Below, piece by piece: positions 38,993 to 50,769 of a DNA stretch of 64,000 nt. The notes beneath the pieces are model-generated. The model was not told where the DNA came from and ran no database searches. It was given only the letters and a program-made list of their open reading frames with translations. A program made the translations under genes and the position numbers. How positions within the stretch are numbered: the stretch's first letter is position 1; each line of letters begins with the position of its first letter. Origin of the DNA: Camelus ferus (Eukaryota); NCBI RefSeq assembly GCF_009834535.1, contig NC_045697.1, positions 81,904,001-81,968,000 on the forward strand, read 5' to 3'.

Positions 38993-39529
38993 ACCTTAAC
39001 TGCAAGCTGTTAAACCAATAAAAATTATATCCAAACTTCTATTGAATCAGCCTTAATAATAAATAAGCCATTTAAAATAAGGGAGGCTTTTTAGGTACTA
39101 GGTTGAGAAGCCACATCTTTCAACATCTTGGTTCCCAGACCTGTGTATTCTGGCTGTGGAAGAAACGGCACTACATACTGGTTGCTAGTTAAAGGTTTTA
39201 TTGTACCCACATGTGCTTTGGTAGGTGTTGTCACTAACTTGTTCTGTTTTTGAATCTTTAGTAGTTAGTTGCATAATTTTAGTTGCCAATTTTTGAAGGT
39301 AGTGGGATATTTGTGGATATAAGCCTATTGTTTCTTTGCTGCACTTTGCAAGAAGCAGTGTTATAGAGAAACATGATGATAGAGAGTGGATTCATCAGTA
39401 AGTTCAAGAGTAGTGCTGGCAGAACATTGTGGACAGTGCAACAGTTTATTCCAATGAGCAGAAATCCTCTTATAAGAAGTCAACTGAGCAGCAGGAGATT
39501 CTAGGATTGCTTGCCACACTTCCATGAAT

Positions 39530-39720
39530 GTGATCAATTAGAGATCCATGAAATTAAATGAATTTAGACAATTTATTGCTCACAGCATATCAGGAAGCAG
39601 GAAATTCATGTTCACGTCAACTTCTTTTACATCCTCAAGTCCCACAGGTCTGAATTGCAGTACGCCCAGGTGAATGCTATATAAATAGGGAGGGAGTCTT
39701 TGTCAAAGATAATTGGCCTA
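39530..39720 (-). mobile_element. Possible LTR fragment inserted in the ERVL relic
   Basis: TG start, 'gacaatttattgctcacag' (minus-strand AATAAA). Composition change relative to flanks. Confidence 0.4.
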
Positions 39721-39789
39721 TTCCTAGGCACTAATAAATTGGGTCATACGAGAGAATCTGCTTAGGTCTCTGCTTTTCAAAACTTGGGC

Positions 39790-40980
39790 ACTCTGCAATA
39801 GAAGACTCAAATAAATCTTGATATGCAGAAGCCCACACTGTTGCTCATGGATTATTTCTGTTGCAGTCCTGACACCATTACCACTTTGTCAAGTGATCTT
39901 ATTGAGTAATACTGGAGTAGAGAAAAGAGACCAACTGATAGCAAAGAGTTTTACTCACATTGCTCACCTTATTATTAATGGTTTCATGTACAGGACATAC
40001 CCTTTGGGGGGTCATTCTTACACCTTGTTCCCATCATTAAAGACTCATCTTTACAACTCCATCCCACTGTCCCTTGTCATTGTCCTTCAGTCTTGATCTT
40101 CCAACCCTCTGACCATCTAGGCTAACCATTAGTGACTGTCCATGGATTTATGTGGATCCATGTCTCTGGCCAACTCTTAATTATGAATAATTATATATAT
40201 ATATATATATAAAATTATGAATAATTATATACACACACAGACACACATACACACACACACCTCAGAATCCTACTTATTCTACTTCAGGTTCTTCCTTGAA
40301 TAGGGGGACAGTGTTCCTGAAAGCCACATGCATGGTACTAGCATTCCTCAGACAACTGTATATATGCAGTCCCATGAGGTCACTATGGGTGAGTTGAGGG
40401 AAAGCTATGTGAGATAGTTTACTGTGCCAGCAGGATCTGCTTAAATCCAGTCTCCTATGTTTTACTTGCATATAATATTGGAATGCTGCTGTATATATTC
40501 CATATTTTAACTTGATGGGTCAGTCCTTGAGGGGCAGCTCAGATTTCATGGTCTCTTGGCAACTCTGATTCAGAAGATTTGTCTCTACATGGCTCAACAG
40601 AGGGCCTGGGGCTATATCTCAAGAGACTAGTTATCTGGAGAATTCTGTTGTTACTTTACTGTGGCTTTCTTGAAGCTCCATACAGCAAATATATCTGCTA
40701 TAGAAAATGTAAGTAACATTTTTTTCTGCTGAATTAAGCCAAAGTGACAGAATTCCTTGGGTCTGAAGAAAAACTAGCAACGTCTTTCTCTAGAATCTCC
40801 AAGAGATTGTCACAGGAAGCCTGGTCTATGTGTGCAATCTAAATAATCTTATCAACCTCCTTTTTCACCCCAAGTCTACCCCTTATTTGGCAAGTAAGCT
40901 TAAGTCATAGTTTCAGACTTCATAACAGTGAACAGAAAAATAAGTAAAAAATTCTGATTAGGCCTAAGCCAGGAATTCTT
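39790..40980 (-). mobile_element. ERVL pol relic (tether, RNase H, integrase N-terminus), interrupted by (TA)/(CA) repeats
   Basis: Minus strand gives WTVTNGLARWSEGWK (about 40098-40142; cf. ERVL WAVANGLAGWSGTWK) and QSGNGVR (cf. EQSGHGGRDG). Confidence 0.8.
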
Positions 40981-43379
40981 CTGTATGGTCAGAGAATAAG
41001 AGGAAAAATCCTGACCACTTGAAGAAAATGGAGTTTCAACAGTGGCATCATTGCAGCAAAACAAACAAACAAAAAAAGTAAACTTAGAATTTCCTGAAGT
41101 GGATCTGTCATGCTAATTTTTTTTAATGACTCCCTGTCACTAACAAATGATGGAGGCTGAATAGTTGTACCTAATGATTTTAGGTGTGGTATTTCTATAA
41201 TTTTTATACAAATTAAAATATAAAAGGGGCATTTTGTCCTCATTAGAGAAATATGGATAATGCAATATTTTCAAAAGCATATTTTACACAACTCTGGAAA
41301 CATTATTCACACGCACACAATTGAACATTTTTAGGATTAACAAATTAATGCATATTGGCCTAGCGAATGTCTTGAAGTCTGATGGGACAAAAAAAACTTT
41401 TAACCTTGATAATCCCTTAATTTGGAATATGTATGAGGATCTAGAAACTTTTATTATGGTAATACTTATTAACCCTTAAGTACTAACTTTGAGACATTTA
41501 GGGAAATGCTAAATAGGAGAAATTGATCTTTTTATTGATGTATAGAGTTATTCTTTATGGAAACACCTGTAAGCAATTATCCATCTGGTATTTGAGAGTA
41601 ATGGCCATCAATCCAGTGGTTTATTAGAATAATTTGTGGTAAGTTGTCTTTGCCCATGCCCCAGCCCAGATGAATATGCTTATATAAATACAAAAGTGAA
41701 AGCTGGTTGAGAAAAAATATACATATATATATCATTTGTTTATCAAACTGTCACTTATTCAAGTGCATGAGAGGTTTCCTAGATAATATGAATATTTAAT
41801 CTTCAGCTAACATTTCTTCCACATGATAGAATACATAATTCTTGAATGGCAGTGAATGCTCTAATGCAAATACACAGTGATTCATTTCCATGGCTCAGAG
41901 AAAAAAATTAACAGCTATTCATGATATGCAGAGCAACTGCTAAGTTGTCCTTCATATTCTTTTGGAGTTTGTGGATCATTGGAACACAACATTCAGAGCC
42001 CTGTGAAACTGCTTTAATGATAACTCCTCATGCACTTAGTGCTTCAAAATCCCTGTGAATATAGAAATCAATTATGTGAACAGGTGCAACCAAGTAACTA
42101 GGTTTCATGCTCACTGGGATATCACAAACATTTAAATTTGATCAAGTTAATCCACAAATATGTTCCTTTATACACAAAGATAAGTTAATATACATTCATG
42201 GAAATGCAAATATAGAAATCAAGGTCTGGAAAGTGATTAAGATTGCTTTTTAGCAAATTTATGCAATAATTTCAGCTCTATGAAAGATTCTTTCTATAGA
42301 TGAAAACAACATTGAAACAAAAAAAGAGGCTGAATCATTTTCACCACCCATATGATATTTGTTGATGTGAAATCTGGTTATTCTGTTAATAAGAAAAGTA
42401 AACACAAAAAGTACATTGTTGGTTTTCTAGAACCAAGCCCTTCAAAAATATATATGTAATACATGCAATACAGCAAAATCTATGATTCATTTTATCAAAA
42501 TTTTAAATAAAATTAAAGTTCTAAAAATTAGTTTCTTTTATTGAAATAAACAAGTATTTTAAATTTGTAATTAGAAAACCCATCACATATAGTAGCCCTG
42601 TACTGATTGTGATGAATATGATTCACTAAATTATTCCTAAGGAAAAATGATAACAGTAGAAGTTTAAAAAAAAAGTAAAAAATGGCATTTTCTTTAGTAG
42701 TTTTAGTACTGAAGTACCTTTTATTTCCTCCTTGATTCTAATAATATCTCTATAATTTTACTTGACATAATTTTTTAAATTTAGAACTATATTATAACTA
42801 TTACATAAATAATACAGTAAGTATAACTTTATTTTCAGATGTTCTCTTAATGAAACAATACAATTAAAATGTAGAGTTACCTAAGATAAGTGGCATTTCA
42901 ATTGAATTTTTTTCTAAAAGTGCCCCAGCCTCTTAATAACTTAACATCTATAAATCTTACAAGTGTTTACTAGATTGGAAAAAAAAAAGGCCATTTCCTC
43001 AAATACCTCTGAGCCAGGCTTCATGTATTTAGAGTCAAAGTCCTGTGAAACAATTATTTCAATATTTCTAGAAGTTCTCTTATCTTGGGTCTAAGAAATA
43101 CGCTGTTGAACCATTCTGAGATCTCAGTAAATATCTGAGTTCTCAATAAATGTCTGAAATCTATATTCTTGGCATTATTTTATCCTTAATTCATTTATTA
43201 GTATGTACGGCTTCTGCTAGAAGTAACAGTATGAAAAATGATTTTATTTTTGAACCCAGCAAGTCTTAGATACTTTATATTTTCTCTAAAATCTGCTTGA
43301 GACCTATACTGGTTTTTTTTTCTAAATCTCTCTCAATCTGTACCTTATCAATCTGTACCTTATCATATACAATAAAATA

Positions 43380-43848
43380 AATCAGTTGACACTCTGAACA
43401 TTCTGCATTGAAATTCCCTAAACCAAATCCTCCAGTTCATCATAAATCGCCTTTTCTACGTTACCACAGGTAGCAGTGTTGTCAAACGTTCTGGCACTGC
43501 ATAACATGGATCCCTTTTTCCTCCAACCTCTAATGGTGTAGTCAGTGTCCTTCAGTACTTCATTAATGGTCTCCTTGCGAAGTCCCCAGGTCTTATTTAC
43601 TGCCCAATCCCAAAACTAATGTCACATATAAGTTTTGTTGTACTGTCATCCGTAACTTCTAGTTACTAGTTACTAATTTCTGTTACTTACTGCTTTGTAA
43701 TAGGACAACACAATTCTTAGTGGCCTAAAGCAACAATGTATTTGGGATTTTTGTTTGTTTGTTTCATTTTTTCTTTTTCCTCACAGTTCTGCGAGTAAAC
43801 TAGACTCTGCAGGGAGGTTCTTGCTTGGGGTGACCAATGTGCTTGCTG
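43380..43848 (-). mobile_element. MaLR MLT1 internal start plus LTR part
   Basis: MLT1-int-like 'ccactgcataacatggatccc'-type segment and 'cccaatcccaaaactaatgtcacat...ctaatttctgt', then LTR 'cttagtggcctaaagcaacaa...tcacagttctg'. Confidence 0.75.
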
Positions 43849-43849
43849 G

Positions 43850-44415
43850 ACCAGTGGTATACAATGCTGGCAGGAATATAAAGTGGTGTAGCTGCTGTGG
43901 AGAACAGTGTAGTGGTTACTCAAAAATTAAAGATAGAATGTTCATACAGTCCAGTAGTTCTGCTTCTGGGTAAACCAAATCAATTGAAAGCAGAGACTAG
44001 AACAGATGTTTGTGTACCCATGTTCATAGCAGCATTATACACAATAGCCCTAAGGACAAACAACCCAAGTGTTCATCAGTGGATGAATGGATACCAACTA
44101 TGGTACAATGGAATGCATTTCACTCTAAAAAGGAATGAAATTCTGATATATGCTACAATATATATGAACCTTGAAGACATTATGCTAAGTAAAATAAAGC
44201 AGATGCCCAAGGACAAATACTGTATGGTTCCACTTAGATCAGGCACCTAAAATGGTCCAATTTATAGAGACAAAGTAGAATGGTGCTGGCCAGAAGCTGT
44301 GGAGAGGGTAGTAATGGAGAGTTATTGTTTAAAGGGTATAAAATTTCACTTTGGGAAAACAAAAAATTCTGTTGATTGATGGTGGTGACGGTCACACAAC
44401 AATGTTCTTAAATAA
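43850..44415 (+). mobile_element. LINE-1 (L1MB-type) ORF2 end/3'UTR
   Basis: ORF 43897-44250 remnants (PMFIAALYTIA, MNLEDIMLS). 'ggacaaatactgtatggttccactta', 'gatggtggtgacggtcacacaacaatg'. Confidence 0.92.
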
Positions 44416-45399
44416 AAAGATATTCAAATCATATAATTAAGTAAATATTTAATGAGATAACAACATATATGTTAAAAAGTGATAAGCACACAAATTCACA
44501 GTAAGTACCAAACTGATGAGAGAAGAGGTGAGATTTTGCATTTGTATTTGCTGACAAGTTTTTCTGTTACAGTGCTGCACACTTTGAATCTTTAAATGGT
44601 AATCTGTCCTGTATCTTACTCTTAAAATTAAAAAGAAAATTAGTTGGGAATGAATAAATACCATAATAAAGCACACTACTTTCTGATAAATATACACACA
44701 AAATAACAAAGAAAAAGCATACAACAGTGTGAATAACTAGAACAGTGATTCAAAAAAATTTAATCATGATTAATTTGTGTACTGCCAGGAAGATGGACGT
44801 ATTTCCCTTTTGTATGGAGAGCCAAAAAGCTAAATGATAGAATTAGGACACTGATCAAGAAAAATGATATGAAACTGCTGCTTTTATCTTTTTGAAACAC
44901 CCTCATGCATAACCCCTCCCATGCACCCCGGATTGATTTATCTGGAAACTAAAAATGGAGAAAAACAAAGCCAAAGAAAATATGATGGAATCAAAAATAG
45001 TTATTGATATATACGTAGGACAGAATCACTCTTAACTAACCACTTTCAACTAAACAATGTTTGTGCCACATTAATTTTTTCATTTTCTGTCCAAATCATG
45101 ATAGTTGCTCACAGCATGCTTAATAACTATATCATTTGTTATGGAGGAAGAGCAAAACAGTTAGCAAGTAATATATATGTCCTGGGATTTCAGACTCCAT
45201 CAGTTAAATTCTATGATTAACTAGAAAAAGTTATGTTTATTTACAAATTAAATTTGTATGCATTGTAACAGGAACAAAAATTCCATTTTTCAAACTACAT
45301 AATGCTTTAAAAAAAAAACAAACCCTCAAATGTGAGTTACTAATGAACCTTCAAAAGAAAGTTTACCATGTAGGAAAGAGAACTGTAAAGGCTTGGGGA

Positions 45400-45400
45400 A

Positions 45401-45427
<27 letters not shown>
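45400..45427. repeat. (AC)n microsatellite
   Basis: Direct AC run. Confidence 0.97.
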
Positions 45428-45431
<4 letters not shown>

Positions 45432-45854
45432 CTAGGAGGCTTTCTTAAAGCAGTTTTCCGTGCACAAACACTTCTGTCTACCATTGTCCCATGTGGCTTG
45501 AGTAAATATGTTAGGTTCAGGTAATTACAACAAGTCTATTCTTGTTATCAGTAAGCTCAGAAGTGATCCAGTTCAAAATTTATCACCCTTAAGAAAAATT
45601 TAGAGGAAGGAAGTTTTTTCTCCCTTTGAGCATTAGTGTGTGAGAATGTAGCAGCTGCAGCTCTTCTTTGACCATAAAGATGGCAGGGGGAAAAGTAGGC
45701 AGTATTTGAAAATACCCTGGAGCCACTGAATTGACCAAACTCTCCTCTACTTAGGAACATCTTGTTATTTGAAACATTAAACCTAATTTTTGCATTTTCT
45801 ATTAGTCTTATTTGAAATGATCCTAATTGGGTATACTAACAGTAGACCAACATT

Positions 45855-46015
45855 TGTCAAAGTTGGCTGCAAATTAAACTCACTGGGAGCATTAAAAAAA
45901 AAAGTAGAAAAGGAAATATTAAGCTTCCTGCTAAACAGGGTAAATCACAGTCCCCAGGCATCAGTAATTTTGAATTGCTCCATTTGACTCCAATACACAA
46001 AGTTTAAACCATTCA
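45855..46015. mobile_element. MER5-like hAT-Charlie MITE (diverged)
   Basis: 'caaagttggctgcaaattaaactcactgggagc...ccaggcatcagtaatttt...gctcc...gtttaaaccatt'. Confidence 0.55.
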
Positions 46016-47974
46016 GGTACATAGGTGAGTTTTCTCTACAGCACTAGAGGTCCCTTTCTTCGACTACTTCTCTCTGAGAATAATAGGACTGGTTTGGGGA
46101 TCTGTGTAAATTAATAGTCTTCCCTTGGAGTTTGGGGAGCAAGCTGTTCCTTTCTTCTGTCTTGGATCCACTTTACTGTTATCTCATTTTCCTCACTGAG
46201 CAAGTGTAAGTTAATAGAGGTTCTTCTCTGTTGTTTCCTCTGGCAACATCTGTAACTGACAATGTTCACTTTTTTTAAGAAAATAATTGTTTATGCTTTT
46301 ATTAAATTGCACATCACTTCTGACAGCTATTGTTTATTTATTGGAAAAGGGAAGGACCAAAACAAGGCTAGCCATAGGTTCATTAGGAAATAATTAACTT
46401 TATTATTTGATGATGATGATTACCCTAAGTGCCTGAAAGGCCATGCCAGCTTTTTGTATTTTTTAAAAAATAAAGCAACATGGAAAATTGCATAAATTCC
46501 ACTGGAGAAAAAACATCCCCTCTTACCTTTTTAACAACTTGAATTATGGAACCTCTATTCTAGCCTTTTGGAAATCTATCCCTATTTTCTAGGAATACCC
46601 CAAATAACTGATCTATTGATGAATTTTTTTTCTTCTTCAGAATTGTTAATTAGTTTATATCTTCTGTCAGTTCAGTTCAGCTTTTGGAAGGAGTGTGATA
46701 AAGGTGTGTTACATTTGCATTGTTGGAGTTGTTTCATGTTCCATTATATATTGTAAAACAAAGTATAACTATAGGCTCAATGATAATGATGTCAGGGATA
46801 ACTAAGTGTTTATATGTAACAACTATAACTGTAATGGTGGTTATATATACATGTATATACATGTCTGTGTATATATTTATTACAAATATGCTATATATAA
46901 AGTAGGTAGATAGGTTGACAGGTGATAGATAAATAGAATGTCTATTTAGAGGTTTCTTTTTTCTTAAATAAGGAGGCGTCTCTCCATCTCTCCAGGCAAG
47001 TTACTTTCCCACAGACCTCTTGGGCAGATTTGCCTTGGTGCCTCTGGCTACTTTAATGCCCAGATTATCCTAAGCTAAGATTTTAAACTCTCAATAGGCT
47101 ATTTTGATGTGTGTGTATTTTATAACAGCTCAAATCCTGTGAAGATAGACCTGGAAAGCTCTGCAGTCACTGTTGGGTGTGTGCAGAAGCAATAGGATTG
47201 AGGCCAGATTTTTGTATTTATCTTTGTTTGTCCTTGCTGAAATGAAAGCCGGGTATATAGTGTAGATATGCCTGGCCTCCTTGGCAGAACCAGCCACATC
47301 AGGGGAGAGAAGTTCTACCAAGCCAGGTGGATGCTGACTAGGGTGATGTCCCCCTGTTTGCTAAAACTGTGCAAATGTGGTACTTTTTCAGGGGCAGCTG
47401 GCCAAGAGCAATGAAGCAAAAACTACCAGGTATACTAATGCTTCTCCAATTTAGGGATTATCATAAGGCTTTTTCAAGGTTATTTTATTTTCCATAATTC
47501 AATCTTGTTTTCGATAGAGGGATATTCTGTAGTGAGCCATAGCATCTGTCTTCAATATGCACAGCCCAGCAGAAATCAAATTGAAATTTGTAGTTTGTGA
47601 AAGACATCTGTAGGAGTTTTCTTACTTTAATATTCTTTAGTAATTTGCATTGTTATTTGAGAACAAAAAGTTAAAACATCTATGCAAATCTTTAATATCT
47701 GTTTATGTTGCACTTGTAGTCATTTATCATTCTATTACATGTATGTGTTATTTCCTTATTAATAAATTATTATAATCACTTAATTATATACATATAAAAT
47801 GTACTTATAATTTCCAGAATTATGGCATAGCAGAATACTTTATTTACTTTTAAATTTATTTTTATTTTAGCATACTAAACTCTTTAATTTAAACATTGAA
47901 ACAATTTATCTTACTCTTTCCCACAGACTTTATAAGTAGATTTTTATATATCATAAGTATAATCTATAAGTAAT

Positions 47975-48495
47975 GAGGTACCAATGAGGCTGGGGTGTTT
48001 GCCCTTCAGATTGGGAGGTGTGGTAAGGAGGCAGCCAGCCACCATTGCAAGGTATTTCCACCTGACTATTGGCAAACTAGAGTGTGCACTGTCCTCGAGA
48101 GTAGAGTTTAGGCTTCTCAGCCCTTTTGTCTGTCCCAGCAGATTGCCCAGCAAGCCAGTGGCATTGTCTCCTCCACACAGGACCCGAGAACTGGGATTCC
48201 CAGATTGTGGCTCAGCCTGCTTGCTCTCCAGGGTGAGGGTGAGGGTCTGTCCATACAGATCTTCTGTTTCTTACCGATCCCTCCGAGGGGCATAGGTCCT
48301 GACTACATATTTTTTTTTTCCATCCTATGTTGTTACATGGAGATCTTTCTTGCAGCTTTGGTTGTATAAGAGTTCTTCTGCCAGTTTCTAGTTAGTTTTC
48401 TGTGAAAATTGTCCCACACGTAGATATATTTTTGATATGTTTTGGGGTAGAAGTTAAGTCTATGTCCTCCTCCTCTGCCATCCTGATTGCCCTCC
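47975..48495 (-). mobile_element. Isolated LINE-1 5'UTR (promoter end)
   Basis: Reverse complement reads 'tcaggatggcagaggaggaggacatagacttaac...catatcaaaaatatatctacgtgtgggacaattttcacagaaaactaactagaaactggcagaagaactc', the laurasiatherian L1 5' start with a decayed YY1 site. GC-richer body follows. Confidence 0.82.
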
Positions 48496-49219
48496 TTGAT
48501 TTAGTGCTGATTTCTTTTAATATTTTGTAACTATTCCATCTGTATTTTAAACAATGTTTCTATCTCTCTTTTAAATTGTGAGTTTATTTCATTTATAGTA
48601 TTGTGATTTTTATATACATAGGCTCAATATTATACAGGTATTGTGTTTTCCAATTTTTTCCTGTTATTGCTGTCTTTGAGATTGAATGAGAACTTACTTT
48701 TTGTAAGATTTGCTTTATTTTTATTTCCTCTACCAGAAAGAATAAAAGTTATATAATTTCTCTTGAAATGTTTACCATTTATATTTAAGTTTACAAGATT
48801 TAAAACTTAATATTCTACTACATGCCTTCCTAGTACCTTAAAATATTTAAAATTCGATAGCTCTTTCTTTTCTTATGTGCTGTTAGTGTCAGTAACTTAG
48901 TTCTCCCTTTGAACTCAACACATTACAAAATTAATATGGTAATCTTTCTTGGGATAAATTTGCTTGATTGAACATTTTTGGCTCACTCAATTTCATTTAT
49001 TTCAGAACTTCTGTATTGCTTTAGTAAATATTGCCAAGTTTCCAAATAGATGTACTGATTTTATTTGAAGAGTATAAAAGTTCATGATTTTCTATATTCT
49101 TGCAAAACTTTGGTATATTCCATAATTTTCCATTTAGAATGCAATATAGTAAATATCCAGTAGCATCTTATTGTGAAATTTATTTGAATTATGCTGCAGA
49201 TACTGAGTACCTTTTTGTG

Positions 49220-50480
49220 TTTTTTTCTTCCAGTTTTACTGAGATATAACTAACAAACAGTACTATCTAAGTTTAAGTTCTATAGCGTAGTGATTTGATG
49301 TACACGTACTGTGAAATGATTACCACAATAACTTTAGGGAACATCCATCATCTCATATCAATTAAAAAAAAAGAAAAAATATTTTCCTTGTTATGAGAAC
49401 TCTTAGGATTTACTTTCTTAACTTTATTATATAACATACAGCACTTACAATTATGTTAATTATGTTGTATGTTATATCCCTTCGACTTATATATCTTATA
49501 ACTGGAAGTTTGTACCTTTTGACCACATTTATCCCTTCTTCCATCCTCACCTCTGGTAACCACAAATCTTATCTTTTTCCATGAGTTTGTTCTTTGAGGG
49601 TTTTTGTTTTTTTTTTTGTCAGTCTTATTCTGTGAGTCTGTATGTTTGACCTGCAACCCATGTTAGTTCCAAGTGCATGACATAGTGGTTTGATATTTCT
49701 ATACATTTTAAAATGACCTCAGTGATAAGTCTAGTTTCCATCTGCCACCATACAAAAATATTACAATATTATTGACTATATTCCCCACACAGTACATTTC
49801 ATAGCCATGACTCATTTATTTTGTAACTGAAAGTTTGTACCTCTTATTTTTCCCTCACCTATTTCACACTTCCTCCTCATCCTCTTCCCTCTGGCAAACA
49901 CCTGTTTATTCTGTGTCTGTGACTTTGTTTCTGTTTAGTTATATTGCTCATTTGTTTTCTTTTTTAAATTTTACGTTAGTGAAATCAGTGGTATTGGTAT
50001 TTCTCTGTCTGACTTATTTCACTTAGCATAATACTCACTAGGTCTATCCGTGTTGTCACAAATGGTAAGATTTCATTCTTTTCTTATGGCTGAGTAATAT
50101 TCCAGTGTATGTATATACTACATCTTCTTTATCCACTAATGTATCAATGGGCATTTGAATTGCTTCCATATGTTGTGTATTGTAAATAGTGAGGCAATGA
50201 AAATAGGAAGTGCATGTGTCTTTTCAAATTAGTGTTTCTGTTTTCTTCAGATACCCAGGAATGGTATTGCTGGATCATATGCTAGTTCTGTTTTTAGTTT
50301 TTTAATGAACTTCCATACTGTTTTCCATAGTGTTGTACCAAATTACATTCCCACCAACAGTGCACAATGGTTCCCTTTTTTCCACAAATTCACCAACACT
50401 TGGTATTTGTTGTCTTTTTCACAATAGCCATTCTGACAGGTTTGACGTGATATCTCAATATGATTTTGATTTGCATTTCC
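49220..50480 (-). mobile_element. LINE-1 3'UTR plus ORF2 end (laurasiatherian L1MA-derived, compound 3' end)
   Basis: 'ccagttttactgagatataac', 'ataactggaagtttgtacctttt', 'tctctgtctgacttatttcacttagcataatac', 'acattcccaccaacagtg'. Confidence 0.92.
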
Positions 50481-50769
50481 CTTTTCATATTTTAATTGGC
50501 CATTTTGGTGGCATTTTTCTAGCATCTTTTCAAGTCTGTTGTCTATTTTTTATAATGTCCCCTGTCTTATTGTTCATTTGTACAATGCATTCTCATTTTT
50601 TTCTGTCAAATGTCTTTTGTCTGATATATGTGTTGTGATTTTCTTCTTCCAACCTGTTGCCTTTCATTCTTTCAGTAATTTTTTCTTATAAACCAAAGTT
50701 CTTAAGTTTGTGATTGTCTAATTCAGCAGTTTTTTCTTTAGTGGGTATTATGTTAAGCTCAGATTTTAG

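Noticed and set aside
47984..48295. GC-rich 103-aa ORF or CpG-island gene
   Set aside because: It lies antisense within an L1 5'UTR and has too few CpGs for an island.
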